64,000 bases of DNA from Longimicrobiales bacterium (GTDB lineage: Bacteria > Gemmatimonadota > Gemmatimonadetes > Longimicrobiales > Gaopeijiaceae), in assembly GCA_965116905.1 (NCBI GenBank), contig OZ220732.1, forward strand, positions 3,168,001 through 3,232,000, written 5' to 3'. This document shows, piece after piece, positions 49,341 to 60,377 of the stretch. Below the pieces are notes generated by a model. It made no database searches, had not been told where the DNA came from, and saw only the letters and a list, made by a program, of their open reading frames with translations. A program made the position numbers and the translations under genes. Position 1 is the stretch's first letter. Each line of letters opens with the position of its first letter.

Positions 49341-50020
49341 AGGTGAGATAGGACAAGTCCTTTTGCAATAAACGCTTCTGCGACAATCAAATCCTCCGGG
49401 GCAGTGATCTTGAGGTTCATCACCGACGAGGGCACCATCCGCACCGGCGAGCCCGTCTGCTCCACCATCGAAGCGTCGTCAGTGGGGGACAGCCCCGATT
49501 CGCGGCAGCGCGCCACAGCTTGCTCGAACACTCCCCGGGGAAACGCCTGCGGCGTCTGTGCGTACCAGAGGACATCGCGCCGGGGCGTGCCGACAACCCG
49601 TTCCCCGTCGGTCCTCTTGATCGTGTCCACCGCCGGCACTCCGGCCACTGCGCCGCAACCCGTGACCGCCAGCCGTATGCACGCGTCGATGACCTCGGGC
49701 GAGGGGAACGGGCGGGCCCCATCGTGAACCGCCACGACATCCGCCGCCGATTCGAGACCGTCGAAAGCGTTCGCCACGGACTCGAAACGGCTCTTTCCGC
49801 CGCTCACGACGCGAATCCTCGGGTCGGCCCGAACAAGTCGGCCGCGCGCCGCTCCGCCACCCACCGCGACCACCAGCTCGACGATGTCGTCCCGGACCAG
49901 ATACGGGGCCAGCGCCCAGTCGAGGACCGTACGCCCCCCCAATTCCATGAACGGCTTGCGCACGCCACCCATGCGCGCCCCGGCTCCCGCCGCGGGCACG
50001 ATCACCGCCACCCCGCTCAC
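49337..50020 (-). CDS. ispD: 2-C-methyl-D-erythritol 4-phosphate cytidylyltransferase
   Basis: PAAGAGARMG, VHDGARP, QTPQAF, TDDAS, NLKIT. Confidence 0.93.
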   Translation of the reverse strand: MSGVAVIVPAAGAGARMGGVRKPFMELGGRTVLDWALAPYLVRDDIVELVVAVGGGAARGRLVRADPRIRVVSGGKSRFESVANAFDGLESAADVVAVHDGARPFPSPEVIDACIRLAVTGCGAVAGVPAVDTIKRTDGERVVGTPRRDVLWYAQTPQAFPRGVFEQAVARCRESGLSPTDDASMVEQTGSPVRMVPSSVMNLKITAPEDLIVAEAFIAKGLVLSHL

Positions 50021-51423
50021 GTCATGTCTTCGGACGGCTCCGCGTCACGGGACACCGAGTCGAAGCGGGTGTAGGACTTGTGGAAGTAGAGCTCCACGGT
50101 ACCGGTCGGCCCGTTGCGCTGCTTGGATACGATCAGCTCCGCCTTCCCCTCCACCGAGTTGCCGTCCTTGTCGGTGGGTCCGATGTAGTATTCCGGCCGG
50201 TACAGGAACATCACCAGGTCCGCGTCCTGCTCGATCGAACCACTGTCCCTGAGGTCCGAAAGCTGTGGACGGCGGTCGGTGCGCTGCTCCGGTGCCCGGC
50301 TCAACTGACTCAGCGCGATCACGGGCACCTCCAGTTCGCGGGCGAGCGCCTTCAGCCCCCGGGAGATTTCCGAGACTTCCTGGACCCGGCTTTCGGCTCT
50401 GCCGGCCGAGGTCATCAACTGGATGTAGTCGACGACGATCAGACCCAGATTCGCCTCCGCCATCAACCGCCTGGACTTTGCCTTCATCTCGAGCACGTTC
50501 GAAGTGGCGGAGTCGTCGATCCAGATGGGAGCCGCGTTCAGGTGGCCGGCCGCCCGGCCCAGCCGCTGGTACTCGTCGGCATCGAGCCTTCCCCGCCGCA
50601 CCTTCTGCGCATCCACCCTACCCTCTGCGCACATCAACCGCAGGACCAACTGCTCCTTCGACATCTCCAGGCTGAAGACGGCAACCGGGATCCCGTGTTC
50701 GATCGCCGCCGTCTGGGCCACATTGAGGACCCACGACGTCTTGCCCATGGAAGGCCGGCCCGCCACGATCACCAGGTCGCCGGACTGAAGTCCCGTCGTC
50801 ATGCGGTCGAGGTCGGCAAAGCCCGTGCGGAGACCGGAGACATCCCCGGGGCTCTCCTGCAGCCTCTCAATCTGCTCGAAGGCCGAGTAGAGGACTTCCT
50901 TGATCCAGACGAAGCCATCGCGGTCACGCGATTCCGAGACACGGAAGACCCGTTGCTCGGCCTGGTCCAGGATCTCGTCGACCATCCTGTCGCCCGGGTC
51001 GTGCACGTCGCGCACGATCGTCTGGGCTGCGTCGATGAGGCGGCGCAACAGCGCCTTGTCGTGCACGATGCGGCCGTGGTACTCGATGTTGGCGGCCGTG
51101 GGCACCGCATCCGTGAGCGAAGCCAGGTACTCCATGCCCCCGGCGTTCTCCAGCTCGCCGGTCCGGTTCAACTCCTCGGCAACGGTGATGACGTCCACCA
51201 CACTGCCGCGTTCGAACAGACGGGTCATCGCGCGGTAGAGCCGCCGGTGCGCCTCGCGATAGAACATGGAGTCGTCCACGAACTCCACGACCCGCGGCAC
51301 GGCGTCGCCGTCGATCAGCATGCCACCGAGAACCGATGCCTCCGCCTCCGGGGAAAACGGCGGCTGACGATCATACCCGGATGCCTGATCCGCCACGGTC
51401 TGGATCGGGATGGGCTCACTCAC
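50017..51423 (-). CDS. dnaB: Replicative DNA helicase
   Basis: GRPSMGKT, FSLEM, DYIQLM, LSQLSR, DLRDSGSIEQDAD, KQRNGPTG; no intein. Confidence 0.97.
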   Translation of the reverse strand: MSEPIPIQTVADQASGYDRQPPFSPEAEASVLGGMLIDGDAVPRVVEFVDDSMFYREAHRRLYRAMTRLFERGSVVDVITVAEELNRTGELENAGGMEYLASLTDAVPTAANIEYHGRIVHDKALLRRLIDAAQTIVRDVHDPGDRMVDEILDQAEQRVFRVSESRDRDGFVWIKEVLYSAFEQIERLQESPGDVSGLRTGFADLDRMTTGLQSGDLVIVAGRPSMGKTSWVLNVAQTAAIEHGIPVAVFSLEMSKEQLVLRLMCAEGRVDAQKVRRGRLDADEYQRLGRAAGHLNAAPIWIDDSATSNVLEMKAKSRRLMAEANLGLIVVDYIQLMTSAGRAESRVQEVSEISRGLKALARELEVPVIALSQLSRAPEQRTDRRPQLSDLRDSGSIEQDADLVMFLYRPEYYIGPTDKDGNSVEGKAELIVSKQRNGPTGTVELYFHKSYTRFDSVSRDAEPSEDMT

Positions 51424-51498
51424 TGCGATCTTCCTTCCCCGGAACCTTCGCGTCCCCCTCGCCTGCGCTCCACGTGCTTCGAGTCCGAATCATGCGTC

Positions 51499-52233
51499 TC
51501 ACCTTCCGTCCATCACCTGGCGCAGCAACTGGAGATCATCCCATGCCAACCGGCTCCAGCCAGGATTGCGCAGCAGCGCTGCGGGATGGTAGGTGACGAC
51601 GAGGGGAACACCCTGGTAACTGTACACCCTGCCCCTGAGCTTGCCCAGAGCCTGCCTAGTTGCCGTCAGCCACTGCGCCGCGAAGGAACCCACGGCCAGG
51701 AGCACTTCGGGGGCCACCAGTTCGATCTGCCGCTTCAACAGGGGGGCGCAGGACTCGATCTCATCGGGTTGGGGATTCCGGTTCCCCGGGGGCCGGCACT
51801 TGAGCACGTTGCATATGTAGACCGAATCGCGCCGCGAAAGCGCCACCGACGCGAGCATCAGGTCCAGAAGGCGGCCGGCCTGCCCGACGAAGGGGAGTCC
51901 CGTGGCGTCCTCGCGCGCTCCGGGGGCCTCACCCACCACCATGAGGCGGGCCGCGGGGTTTCCGTCGGCAAAGACGACGGTCTTTCGGCCGTCGGCCAAT
52001 CGGCAGCGGGTGCAGGCCATGGCGGCGGCGCGCAGGGCAGCGTAGTCGTCGCCGGGCCCGTCGCCCACCGCCGGGCGTCCGGCCGTCGCGACCTCTGCCG
52101 GCCCGCCGACGGCACCCGTCTTCAGCAACTGCAGTATCTCGCCCGCTTCCAGTCCCGCCGGCACGATGCCGGGCTCACCCAGCCGCCGGCGCTGGTCCAG
52201 ATAAGCGGCAAGCCGCGTCGAGACCTCCGTCAA
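51499..52233 (-). CDS. Uracil-DNA glycosylase, family 4
   Basis: CTRC, GEAPG, PFVGQAG, KCRPPGNRNP, TYHPA. Confidence 0.93.
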   Translation of the reverse strand: MTEVSTRLAAYLDQRRRLGEPGIVPAGLEAGEILQLLKTGAVGGPAEVATAGRPAVGDGPGDDYAALRAAAMACTRCRLADGRKTVVFADGNPAARLMVVGEAPGAREDATGLPFVGQAGRLLDLMLASVALSRRDSVYICNVLKCRPPGNRNPQPDEIESCAPLLKRQIELVAPEVLLAVGSFAAQWLTATRQALGKLRGRVYSYQGVPLVVTYHPAALLRNPGWSRLAWDDLQLLRQVMDGR

Positions 52234-53531
52234 CCGCGCACCCCTCCCTTCAACCGCTCCTCGACGGCGTCGAAGATCTCCCGGGCCACAGCGGACTTGC
52301 TCATCAGCGGCAGCGTCCTGCGCCCGCCTTCGCGATCGAGGATGGTCGCCCGGTTGGTGTCCGCCTCGAATCCGGCGTCCGGCTTCCCCGCCGGGTTCGC
52401 CACGATGATGTCGAGTCCCTTTGCGGCGAGCTTCCCTGCGGCACGCTGGACAAGGCCCGACGTCTCCAGGGCGAAGCCCACCGAGACCGCACCCGGCTTC
52501 ATCCTCGCGGCGGACTCGGCGGCGATGTCCGGATTCGCCACCATGCTGACCGCGACCTCGTCACCCGCCGACGCCCGCTTCAGCTTGTCGGCACGCGGGG
52601 AGGCGGGACGATAGTCGGCGACGGCAGCCGCGTGCACGGCAACATCCACGGCGCCGACGGCGTCGAGCACGGCGTCGCGCATCTCCAGCGCGGTCTCCAC
52701 CCGCACCACATCGACCCCGTACGGCGCCGGGCCGCCGACGGGACCCGTGACGAGCGTGACGTCTGCACCGCGCAGACGGGCCGCGCGAGCGAGCGCATGC
52801 CCCATCTTGCCGGACGAACGGTTGCCGACGAAGCGTACCGCGTCCAGCGGTTCACGCGTGGGCCCCGAGGTGACGAGCACCCTGGCGCCCGAGAGAGGGC
52901 CTCCGGGGTGCAGCGCCCGGCCCACCGCATCGACGATCGCGGACGGATCGGCCATTCGTCCCGGTCCGCTTCCCTCACCCGCTGCCAGACGACCCGTGGC
53001 CGGGCCCACGCGGTGGTGTCCGGGCGCCGCGTCGAGCAGCGTGAGGTTGGCACGGGTTCTCGGGTGCGCGAACATCCTGTCGTTCATCGCCGGCGCGAAG
53101 ACGACCGGAGATTCGCAGGCCGACATGACCGTGCCGAGGAGGTCGCTGGCGCGTCCCGAGGCGGCCCGGGCCAGAAAGTCGGCCGTCGCGGGCGCCACGC
53201 ATACGCAGTCCGCGTCGCGTCCAAGAGCGACGTGGAGGGCCGCACCCCCGACCGCGAAGAGATCGATCAGGGGTCCGCGACCGGTCACCCCCTCGAACGC
53301 AAGGGGAGCGACGAACCGCCGGGCGGCGGCCGTGAGTACCACGTCCACGGTGGCGCCGTGCAGCGTAAGGTCACGCGCGACCTGCACCGACTTGTACGCC
53401 GCGATCCCACCGCACACGCCGAGAACGACGCGCTTGCCCAGCCAGGGGGGTGCCGGTTCCAGCGCGCCCGGGGCCCGGTCTCCGGCCGCGCATGGCTCCG
53501 GGGCCTCATGGACCGGGCCGCCGGGAGACAC
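52230..53531 (-). CDS. coaBC: Phosphopantothenoylcysteine decarboxylase/ligase
   Basis: GGIAAYK, PAMN, GPTRE..VRF..NRSSGKMG, AAVADY, GFALET. Confidence 0.95.
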   Translation of the reverse strand: MSPGGPVHEAPEPCAAGDRAPGALEPAPPWLGKRVVLGVCGGIAAYKSVQVARDLTLHGATVDVVLTAAARRFVAPLAFEGVTGRGPLIDLFAVGGAALHVALGRDADCVCVAPATADFLARAASGRASDLLGTVMSACESPVVFAPAMNDRMFAHPRTRANLTLLDAAPGHHRVGPATGRLAAGEGSGPGRMADPSAIVDAVGRALHPGGPLSGARVLVTSGPTREPLDAVRFVGNRSSGKMGHALARAARLRGADVTLVTGPVGGPAPYGVDVVRVETALEMRDAVLDAVGAVDVAVHAAAVADYRPASPRADKLKRASAGDEVAVSMVANPDIAAESAARMKPGAVSVGFALETSGLVQRAAGKLAAKGLDIIVANPAGKPDAGFEADTNRATILDREGGRRTLPLMSKSAVAREIFDAVEERLKGGVRG

Positions 53532-53537
53532 GGGCCG

Positions 53538-53756
53538 CTATTCCGTCTCGAGACGACGGCGCCTGACCAGCCGGTACTCAACCTGCCCCGATGTGACCGC
53601 CTCCAGGGCACGGGTCGAGAGTTTCTTTTCCTCTCCCAGGGGGAGGTTGTCGCGCGGCAGCATGTTCAGTTCGCGCGCATACTTCGCGGCCACAAAGACG
53701 CCGAGGTATTTGCTCTGGTTGTGCTCCGCGATTTCGATTGGGGTAAAGACTCTCAT
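53538..53756 (-). CDS. rpoZ: RNA polymerase omega subunit
   Basis: SKYLGVFVAAKYAREL..ALE; located between gmk and coaBC. Confidence 0.85.
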   Translation of the reverse strand: MRVFTPIEIAEHNQSKYLGVFVAAKYARELNMLPRDNLPLGEEKKLSTRALEAVTSGQVEYRLVRRRRLETE

Positions 53757-54436
53757 GTTCCCTCCTTCCGGATCCCGGCGGCCGTCCCACGTCCACCGAT
53801 CCGTGCAATCTCGACGGCGGCTCCGGCCTCGAGCTCCCGGCACAACTCCTCCATCCGGGAATCGTGCGCCCTCGTTCCGACTCCGCCATCAGCGATGTCC
53901 AGCACCTGCCGGACGGCCTCTTCCAGGTCCTGATTCACTACGAATTCGTCAAATGTCGACACGCTCCGAAGCTCGTCGCGCGCTGTCCGGAGGCGGCGCA
54001 CGATTCCTTCCGGCGACTCCGTGCCGCGGCCGGTCAGGCGCGCCATCCACTGCGCCGCACCGGGCGGGAGGATGAAGATAACCAAGGCGTCGATGCCGCG
54101 CTTCATCACCTGTCGGGCACCCTGCACGTCGATGTCCAGGACGGGAACGGGCCCCGCACCCGTCAGCCCGCTCAGATTCTCGACGGGAGTTCCGTAGTAC
54201 TCGCCGTGCACCCAGGCCCACTCCGCCAGCTCTCCGCCCGCGATCATCTCCTCGAACTTCTTCCGGGAAACGAACGAGTACTCGCGTCCGGAGCGCTCCT
54301 GAGCACGCGGGGGCCGGCTGGTCGCCGAAACCGAGAAGCGGAAGCGTCCGGGGTATTCCCGCACCAGGCATTCCGCGATCGTGGTCTTGCCCGCACCCGA
54401 CGGACCGACCAGCACCAGCGGCCTCGGCGGGCTCAT
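53753..54436 (-). CDS. gmk: Guanylate kinase
   Basis: GPSGAGKTT, SATSRPPR, YYGT, LDIDVQGA. Confidence 0.95.
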   Translation of the reverse strand: MSPPRPLVLVGPSGAGKTTIAECLVREYPGRFRFSVSATSRPPRAQERSGREYSFVSRKKFEEMIAGGELAEWAWVHGEYYGTPVENLSGLTGAGPVPVLDIDVQGARQVMKRGIDALVIFILPPGAAQWMARLTGRGTESPEGIVRRLRTARDELRSVSTFDEFVVNQDLEEAVRQVLDIADGGVGTRAHDSRMEELCRELEAGAAVEIARIGGRGTAAGIRKEGT

Positions 54437-55380
54437 TCGATGTTCTCCAGCTGCTCGCGAATCCGCTCCAGCTCCTCCTTGATGGCCACCGCCGCCGCCG
54501 AAATGCCCGCATCGTTGGCCTTGGCTCCGAGGGTGTTGGCCTCCCGGTTCATCTCCTGCACCACGAACCCGAGGCGCTTGCCGACGGGACCGTTCGTCTC
54601 CGCCGGCCCCGCGGACGCGGCTTCCGCGACGGCCGCCCTTCCAGCCGACAGCCCCTCGGCGCTCCGCAGGTGCTCTGCGAAGAACGCCGCGTGCGACCGC
54701 AACCGAACGACCTCTTCCGAGATGTCCCACTTCTCGGCGAGGTACGCGATCTCGCGCGCCAGGCGGTCCTCGTCCACCTCCACCGCATCCGACAGCGCAA
54801 GAACCCGCTCGCGCAGCCGGTCGCGCTCCCGTACCAGACGCGCCGGGGCAAGGGCCTCCACGGATTCCAGTCGGGCGGCAATCGCGTCGAGAGCCGTGCG
54901 GAGTTCTTCCTCGAGGCGCGCCCCCTCGGCCTCCCGCATGGCGACCAGCTCGTCCAGCGCGACCGTCACACACTCCAGGAGTCCGTCCTCGTCGGGCGGG
55001 TCGTCGTGCGATTTCCCGCTCCGCCACACACCCGGCAGGGCCGCAATCGCTCCAAGGTCCAGGGATCCCTCCACCGCGAGTTCCTCCGCCGCTTTCCGCA
55101 GCGCCGTCACATGCCGCCGGACCCGCTCCACGTCCAGATCGGGGACCCGGGGGTCTTCCCGGTCGACGGTCTCGCAAGCGACCGCGAGCGCGACGCGTCC
55201 GCGGGCCAGCCTTTCACGCACTCTCGAAGTCGTCGCCGACTCGAGGTGCTCCCAGCCGCGGGGAAGCCGTACGCTGACGCTCAGGTGCCGATGATTGACC
55301 GTGCGCACCTCGACTCGCAGTATCCGGCCGTCCGACAATTCGGTCTCGGCAGTCCCGTATCCCGTCATGCTGCGGATCAT
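54433..55380 (-). CDS. YicC/YloC family endoribonuclease
   Basis: IRSMTGYG, VNHR, DISEE..RL, QEMNREANT, IREQLENIE. Confidence 0.93.
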   Translation of the reverse strand: MIRSMTGYGTAETELSDGRILRVEVRTVNHRHLSVSVRLPRGWEHLESATTSRVRERLARGRVALAVACETVDREDPRVPDLDVERVRRHVTALRKAAEELAVEGSLDLGAIAALPGVWRSGKSHDDPPDEDGLLECVTVALDELVAMREAEGARLEEELRTALDAIAARLESVEALAPARLVRERDRLRERVLALSDAVEVDEDRLAREIAYLAEKWDISEEVVRLRSHAAFFAEHLRSAEGLSAGRAAVAEAASAGPAETNGPVGKRLGFVVQEMNREANTLGAKANDAGISAAAVAIKEELERIREQLENIE

Positions 55381-55399
55381 TGGGGTCCCCGGCTTCCCG

Positions 55400-57370
55400 T
55401 CAGTTCCAGAATGTCCACCTGACCCCGTAAAGGCTGCGGGTCCCCGGCAGGAGTATCCCGGGCACGTCCTGGTTGTTTCGCCTCAGCGTCAGGTTGTCTA
55501 TCGTCGCAAAGATATTCAGCGTCAGGAAGCGCATCTGCAGCCTGAAATACCAGCTCTGGTAGAAGGGTACCACCGACGGCACGAGCGTGCCCGGCTCGAT
55601 TGTCTCGTCCTCCTCCGACGGTTCCGCCTCGGTCGGCAACGGCACGTACATGCTGGAGCGCCCCTGCGCCCCCAGATCGACCCACAGCTCGAAGTTGCCG
55701 CTCGCGCGAAAGGTCCGATGAAACGAGAGGCTGCCCCGGTAGATGTGGTCCGGAAAGTAGAGCGACAGGGAGTCCTGCGGCTCCCATAACTGCACCTCGG
55801 CCACGAAGAACAGACCGGTCGGACGAAGCGGAATGCGGCCCGTGAGCTCCCAGCCCTGCCGCCGGGGCTGGGGAAGCACGAATCCATCCCGGTCGAAGAG
55901 CAGCTGGGTGGGCCACACCGAATCCGCTTCCGCCGACAAGCGGGCCCCGGCAACCTCGACCGCGCGCCAGCTCAGCCTTGCGCCCACGCGGGTGCCGGTG
56001 CGGTGGGTGAAGCGGCTCTCGGGGAGCGGGTCGGCTTCAAGCGTGTCCGGCTCGGGGACGGGGTCGGCGACGCTGTCCACCGGCTCATCCGGAACCGGCG
56101 GGTTCAGGAACGGGACTGACCGGCTGCCGGCGCCCCGTTCGACAAAGAGTGAAAGGTACGGCACGGGTGTCAGCCAGGCCGTCACGTCGTACCCGGTCCC
56201 CGTCCGAGCGTCCCACGACTCGCGCCAGACGCGACCGGTTGCCCCGCCCCACTGCGCCGAGGTGGCCGACGCCTCAACCGCAAGCTCGCGATCCGCAACC
56301 CCGTCGCCACTGTTGAACCGCGCCGTCGTGCGCGCCCACAGGCGATCCCGGCCCAGCGACAGCCGCGCCCCGTACTGACCGCGAGACTCCGGTGCGAATG
56401 GGAAGACCTCCGTGCTGTCGCCCACCGCGATGGAGGCGCCCATCGCCCACGCCTCCGCCACCGCCGCCTCGCCGAGCGACCAGTTTCCCTGCAGCGTCCA
56501 GTCCGACCGGTTGACCTCTGTAGGAGACGGCGTCAGGACCGTTCGCTGGCCCGTCATGCGACGTGTTTCGAAGCGTATCCCACCGCGGTCGCCCCGGTGC
56601 AGGCTGTATCGCAGCCAGCCGCCCATCGTGGCGCCCGGCGCGTCCTGACTCTGCGTGTCCAGCCGCTCGACCGCGAGCGCCGCCTTGCCGCCGAATGCTC
56701 GCGGCAGGGAAAACGTTGCGCGCATCAGGTTGGTGTCCAGATCGCCTGTTCCGGCTTCGATGAGCGACATCGCCCGTGGGTCGCTGTGCTCGAGGCGGAA
56801 TAGATGCACATCGACACCGCTCGCGCGTCGTACGACTCGGACCCGTTCGATCCCGGCCAGGGAAACCCGGGCCAGATCCGGGATCGACCCCTCGAGCGGC
56901 AGATGCTCGACCCCGTCGTAGTAAAGGCGCAATGCTCCCCCGGCGTAGCCCACCGGAACGACCGCGACGGCGGACCCGAAGTCGCCGCCGCGCACTCCGA
57001 GGAGGCCCGGGATTTCCGAGAGCAGTTCCCACAGGGTCTGGCCGCGCGCCGCCAGCAGCTGTTCGCGGTCCCATTCCCAGATGCCCGCGGCCAGACCGGC
57101 CGGAACCGGGTCGGGGAGGGTCGGCATGACCGGGGGCGGCGGCAGGCTGTCGACCTCGAGGCTGTCGGCGGCGAGCGAGTCCGCGACCAGGGTATCCGCC
57201 GTCAGCGTGTCCAGGGCCAGCGAGTCGGCGGTCAGGCTGTCCGCGACCAGGACCGAGTCCACCCCCAGCGAGTCCGGGACCTGCAGGGTGTCCGGGGGTT
57301 CCTGACCGGCGGTCGCCGACGCCGAAAGCACGATAAACACCACAAACATGACCGGGGCGATCGTCGCCAT
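55400..57370 (-). CDS. Outer-membrane beta-barrel protein with TonB-dependent-receptor-like plug
   Basis: Signal peptide, plug-like ELLSEIPGL and IERVRVVR, amphipathic strands, C-terminal YGVRWTFWN. Confidence 0.75.
   Translation of the reverse strand: MATIAPVMFVVFIVLSASATAGQEPPDTLQVPDSLGVDSVLVADSLTADSLALDTLTADTLVADSLAADSLEVDSLPPPPVMPTLPDPVPAGLAAGIWEWDREQLLAARGQTLWELLSEIPGLLGVRGGDFGSAVAVVPVGYAGGALRLYYDGVEHLPLEGSIPDLARVSLAGIERVRVVRRASGVDVHLFRLEHSDPRAMSLIEAGTGDLDTNLMRATFSLPRAFGGKAALAVERLDTQSQDAPGATMGGWLRYSLHRGDRGGIRFETRRMTGQRTVLTPSPTEVNRSDWTLQGNWSLGEAAVAEAWAMGASIAVGDSTEVFPFAPESRGQYGARLSLGRDRLWARTTARFNSGDGVADRELAVEASATSAQWGGATGRVWRESWDARTGTGYDVTAWLTPVPYLSLFVERGAGSRSVPFLNPPVPDEPVDSVADPVPEPDTLEADPLPESRFTHRTGTRVGARLSWRAVEVAGARLSAEADSVWPTQLLFDRDGFVLPQPRRQGWELTGRIPLRPTGLFFVAEVQLWEPQDSLSLYFPDHIYRGSLSFHRTFRASGNFELWVDLGAQGRSSMYVPLPTEAEPSEEDETIEPGTLVPSVVPFYQSWYFRLQMRFLTLNIFATIDNLTLRRNNQDVPGILLPGTRSLYGVRWTFWN
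57143..57292 (-). repeat. Degenerate 15-18 bp coding repeat encoding ten D-[ST]-[LV] units
   Basis: DTLQVPDSLGVDSVLVADSLTADSLALDTLTADTLVADSLAADSLEVDSL. Confidence 0.85.
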
Positions 57371-57420
57371 CGACGTGGCGCCCGCCCGCCCAGGCGAAGA
57401 CAGCCCCGACACCCCGTCCC

Positions 57421-58935
57421 TCAGACGCCCGCGCGTGCCCTTACCCACTCCAGGAGGAGGCGGCAGGGGCGCCCTGCGGGTCCATCCCTCAGGTAGGGCT
57501 TCTTCGTTTTGCCGTACGCCGTGCCGGCGATGTCCAGGTGGGCCCAAGGTGTGTGTCCGACGAATTCCGAGAGGAAACAGGCGGCCGTGATCGTTCCGGC
57601 CGCGCGGCCACCGACGTTCTTGAGATCGGCAACCTGGCTGCGCAGTTGCTTCCGGTATTCCTCGTCGAGGGGAAGCGGCCAGCAGGGCTCGGACGCGAGG
57701 TCGCCCGCCTCGCGCAACTCGCCGAGCAGGTCTTCGTCATTGCCGAGAAGCGCCGCGCGGTGGTGTCCGAGCGCGACCACGCAGGCCCCCGTCAGCGTGG
57801 CACAGTCCACGATCGCCGCCGGCTCCCAGCTCAGGGCATAGTCAAGGGCGTCGGCGAGGATCAGGCGGCCCTCGGCGTCCGTGTTGATCACCTCGATCGT
57901 CTTCCCCCGCCGGCTGCGCACCACATCGCCCGGCTTCGTCGCCGACCCGTTCAGCAGGTTTTCCGAACTGGGCACGACCGCCTTGACGTTCACGGGAAGA
58001 TCCAGCTCACCGATCGCTTTCATCGCACCCAGAACGGCCGCGCCGCCGGACATGTCGTACTTCATCTTCTCCATTCCCCTCGCGGGTTTGATGGAGATGC
58101 CGCCGGCGTCGAACGTCAGCCCCTTCCCGACCAGTACGAGCGGTGCGGCACCCGCGTCGCCCCCCTGGTGCTCGAGCACGATGAGGCGCGGTTCCTCGTC
58201 GGACCCTCTCGCCACCGAGAGCAGTGCGCCCATCCCCTCTCGCTCCATCTCCGCGGGGCCGAGAACGTCGCACTTCAACCCCGACTCATCCGCGATTTGC
58301 ACGGCTTCGTCCGCCAGGTGCGACGGGGTGGCCAGATTGCCGGGGGTGGCCTGCAGGGTGCGGGCCAGGTTCTCCGCGTTCGCGAATGCCCGCCCGAACC
58401 GGACCGCCTCGTCCCACGCGTGCCGCGACGCGCCCGCGACCACGGCCGAGCGAACCGGGCGGCTCCCGTCGCCGTCCGTCGCTTCCGCACCCGTGTCCTC
58501 CCCGCCACGCGACTTCAGTTCGTCGAATCGCCAGGCGGCCAGCACCATCCCTTCCGCCGCGGCCTGAACATGTCGTGCCTCGATGTCCGGGCCGAGCTCC
58601 GCGAGGCTCAGCGCGAGCGATGGCAGCTCCAGCCGTTCGGCGAAGCGCACGGCCTCCCCGGCGGCGCAGCGAACCGTCTCGGGGGTCAGTGACCCCGATT
58701 CGCCAACACCGAGATAGAGGACCCTGAGCGGACCATCCGTACCGCGGCAGCGGCCCGTGACGCGATCGCCTCTGCGCCCGCGAAAATCCCCAATGGCAGC
58801 GGCCGCCCCTAGTACGCCGCCGAAGCGTTCATCGAACGCGTCCAAGTGCTCGAGGGATCGATCAGAGGCAGCCAGGACCGCAATCAGCGGCGTGGCGACC
58901 GCCTCGGGGGCCGTGGACGACAGGGTCAGTTCCAT
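57421..58935 (-). CDS. pepA: Leucyl aminopeptidase (M17)
   Basis: GKGLTFDAGG, MKYDMSG, NTDAEGRL, ATLTGA, WAHLDIAG. Confidence 0.95.
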   Translation of the reverse strand: MELTLSSTAPEAVATPLIAVLAASDRSLEHLDAFDERFGGVLGAAAAIGDFRGRRGDRVTGRCRGTDGPLRVLYLGVGESGSLTPETVRCAAGEAVRFAERLELPSLALSLAELGPDIEARHVQAAAEGMVLAAWRFDELKSRGGEDTGAEATDGDGSRPVRSAVVAGASRHAWDEAVRFGRAFANAENLARTLQATPGNLATPSHLADEAVQIADESGLKCDVLGPAEMEREGMGALLSVARGSDEEPRLIVLEHQGGDAGAAPLVLVGKGLTFDAGGISIKPARGMEKMKYDMSGGAAVLGAMKAIGELDLPVNVKAVVPSSENLLNGSATKPGDVVRSRRGKTIEVINTDAEGRLILADALDYALSWEPAAIVDCATLTGACVVALGHHRAALLGNDEDLLGELREAGDLASEPCWPLPLDEEYRKQLRSQVADLKNVGGRAAGTITAACFLSEFVGHTPWAHLDIAGTAYGKTKKPYLRDGPAGRPCRLLLEWVRARAGV

Positions 58936-58960
58936 CTCGCGGGACTCCCGGCGGGCAGCA

Positions 58961-60196
<1,236 letters not shown>

Positions 60197-60311
60197 GCGT
60201 GGGCTCCAGGTTTTGGGGGATGATGCCGGCTATTGGATAAATGTGACGGCTGGACAGGCGCATTAGAAGGGGCAGCGGGACTGGTGAACCATAGGCCGTG
60301 ACAAAACCGTG

Positions 60312-60335
60312 GACAGATTCTAGCTTGAATCTGTC
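60312..60335. promoter_or_regulatory. Perfect 9-bp inverted repeat in the icd/fic divergent region
   Basis: GACAGATTC-tagctt-GAATCTGTC. Confidence 0.55.
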
Positions 60336-60377
60336 ACTGCCTGCGACGAAGACTCAGTGGAAGGGGCTTTTGGCGCG

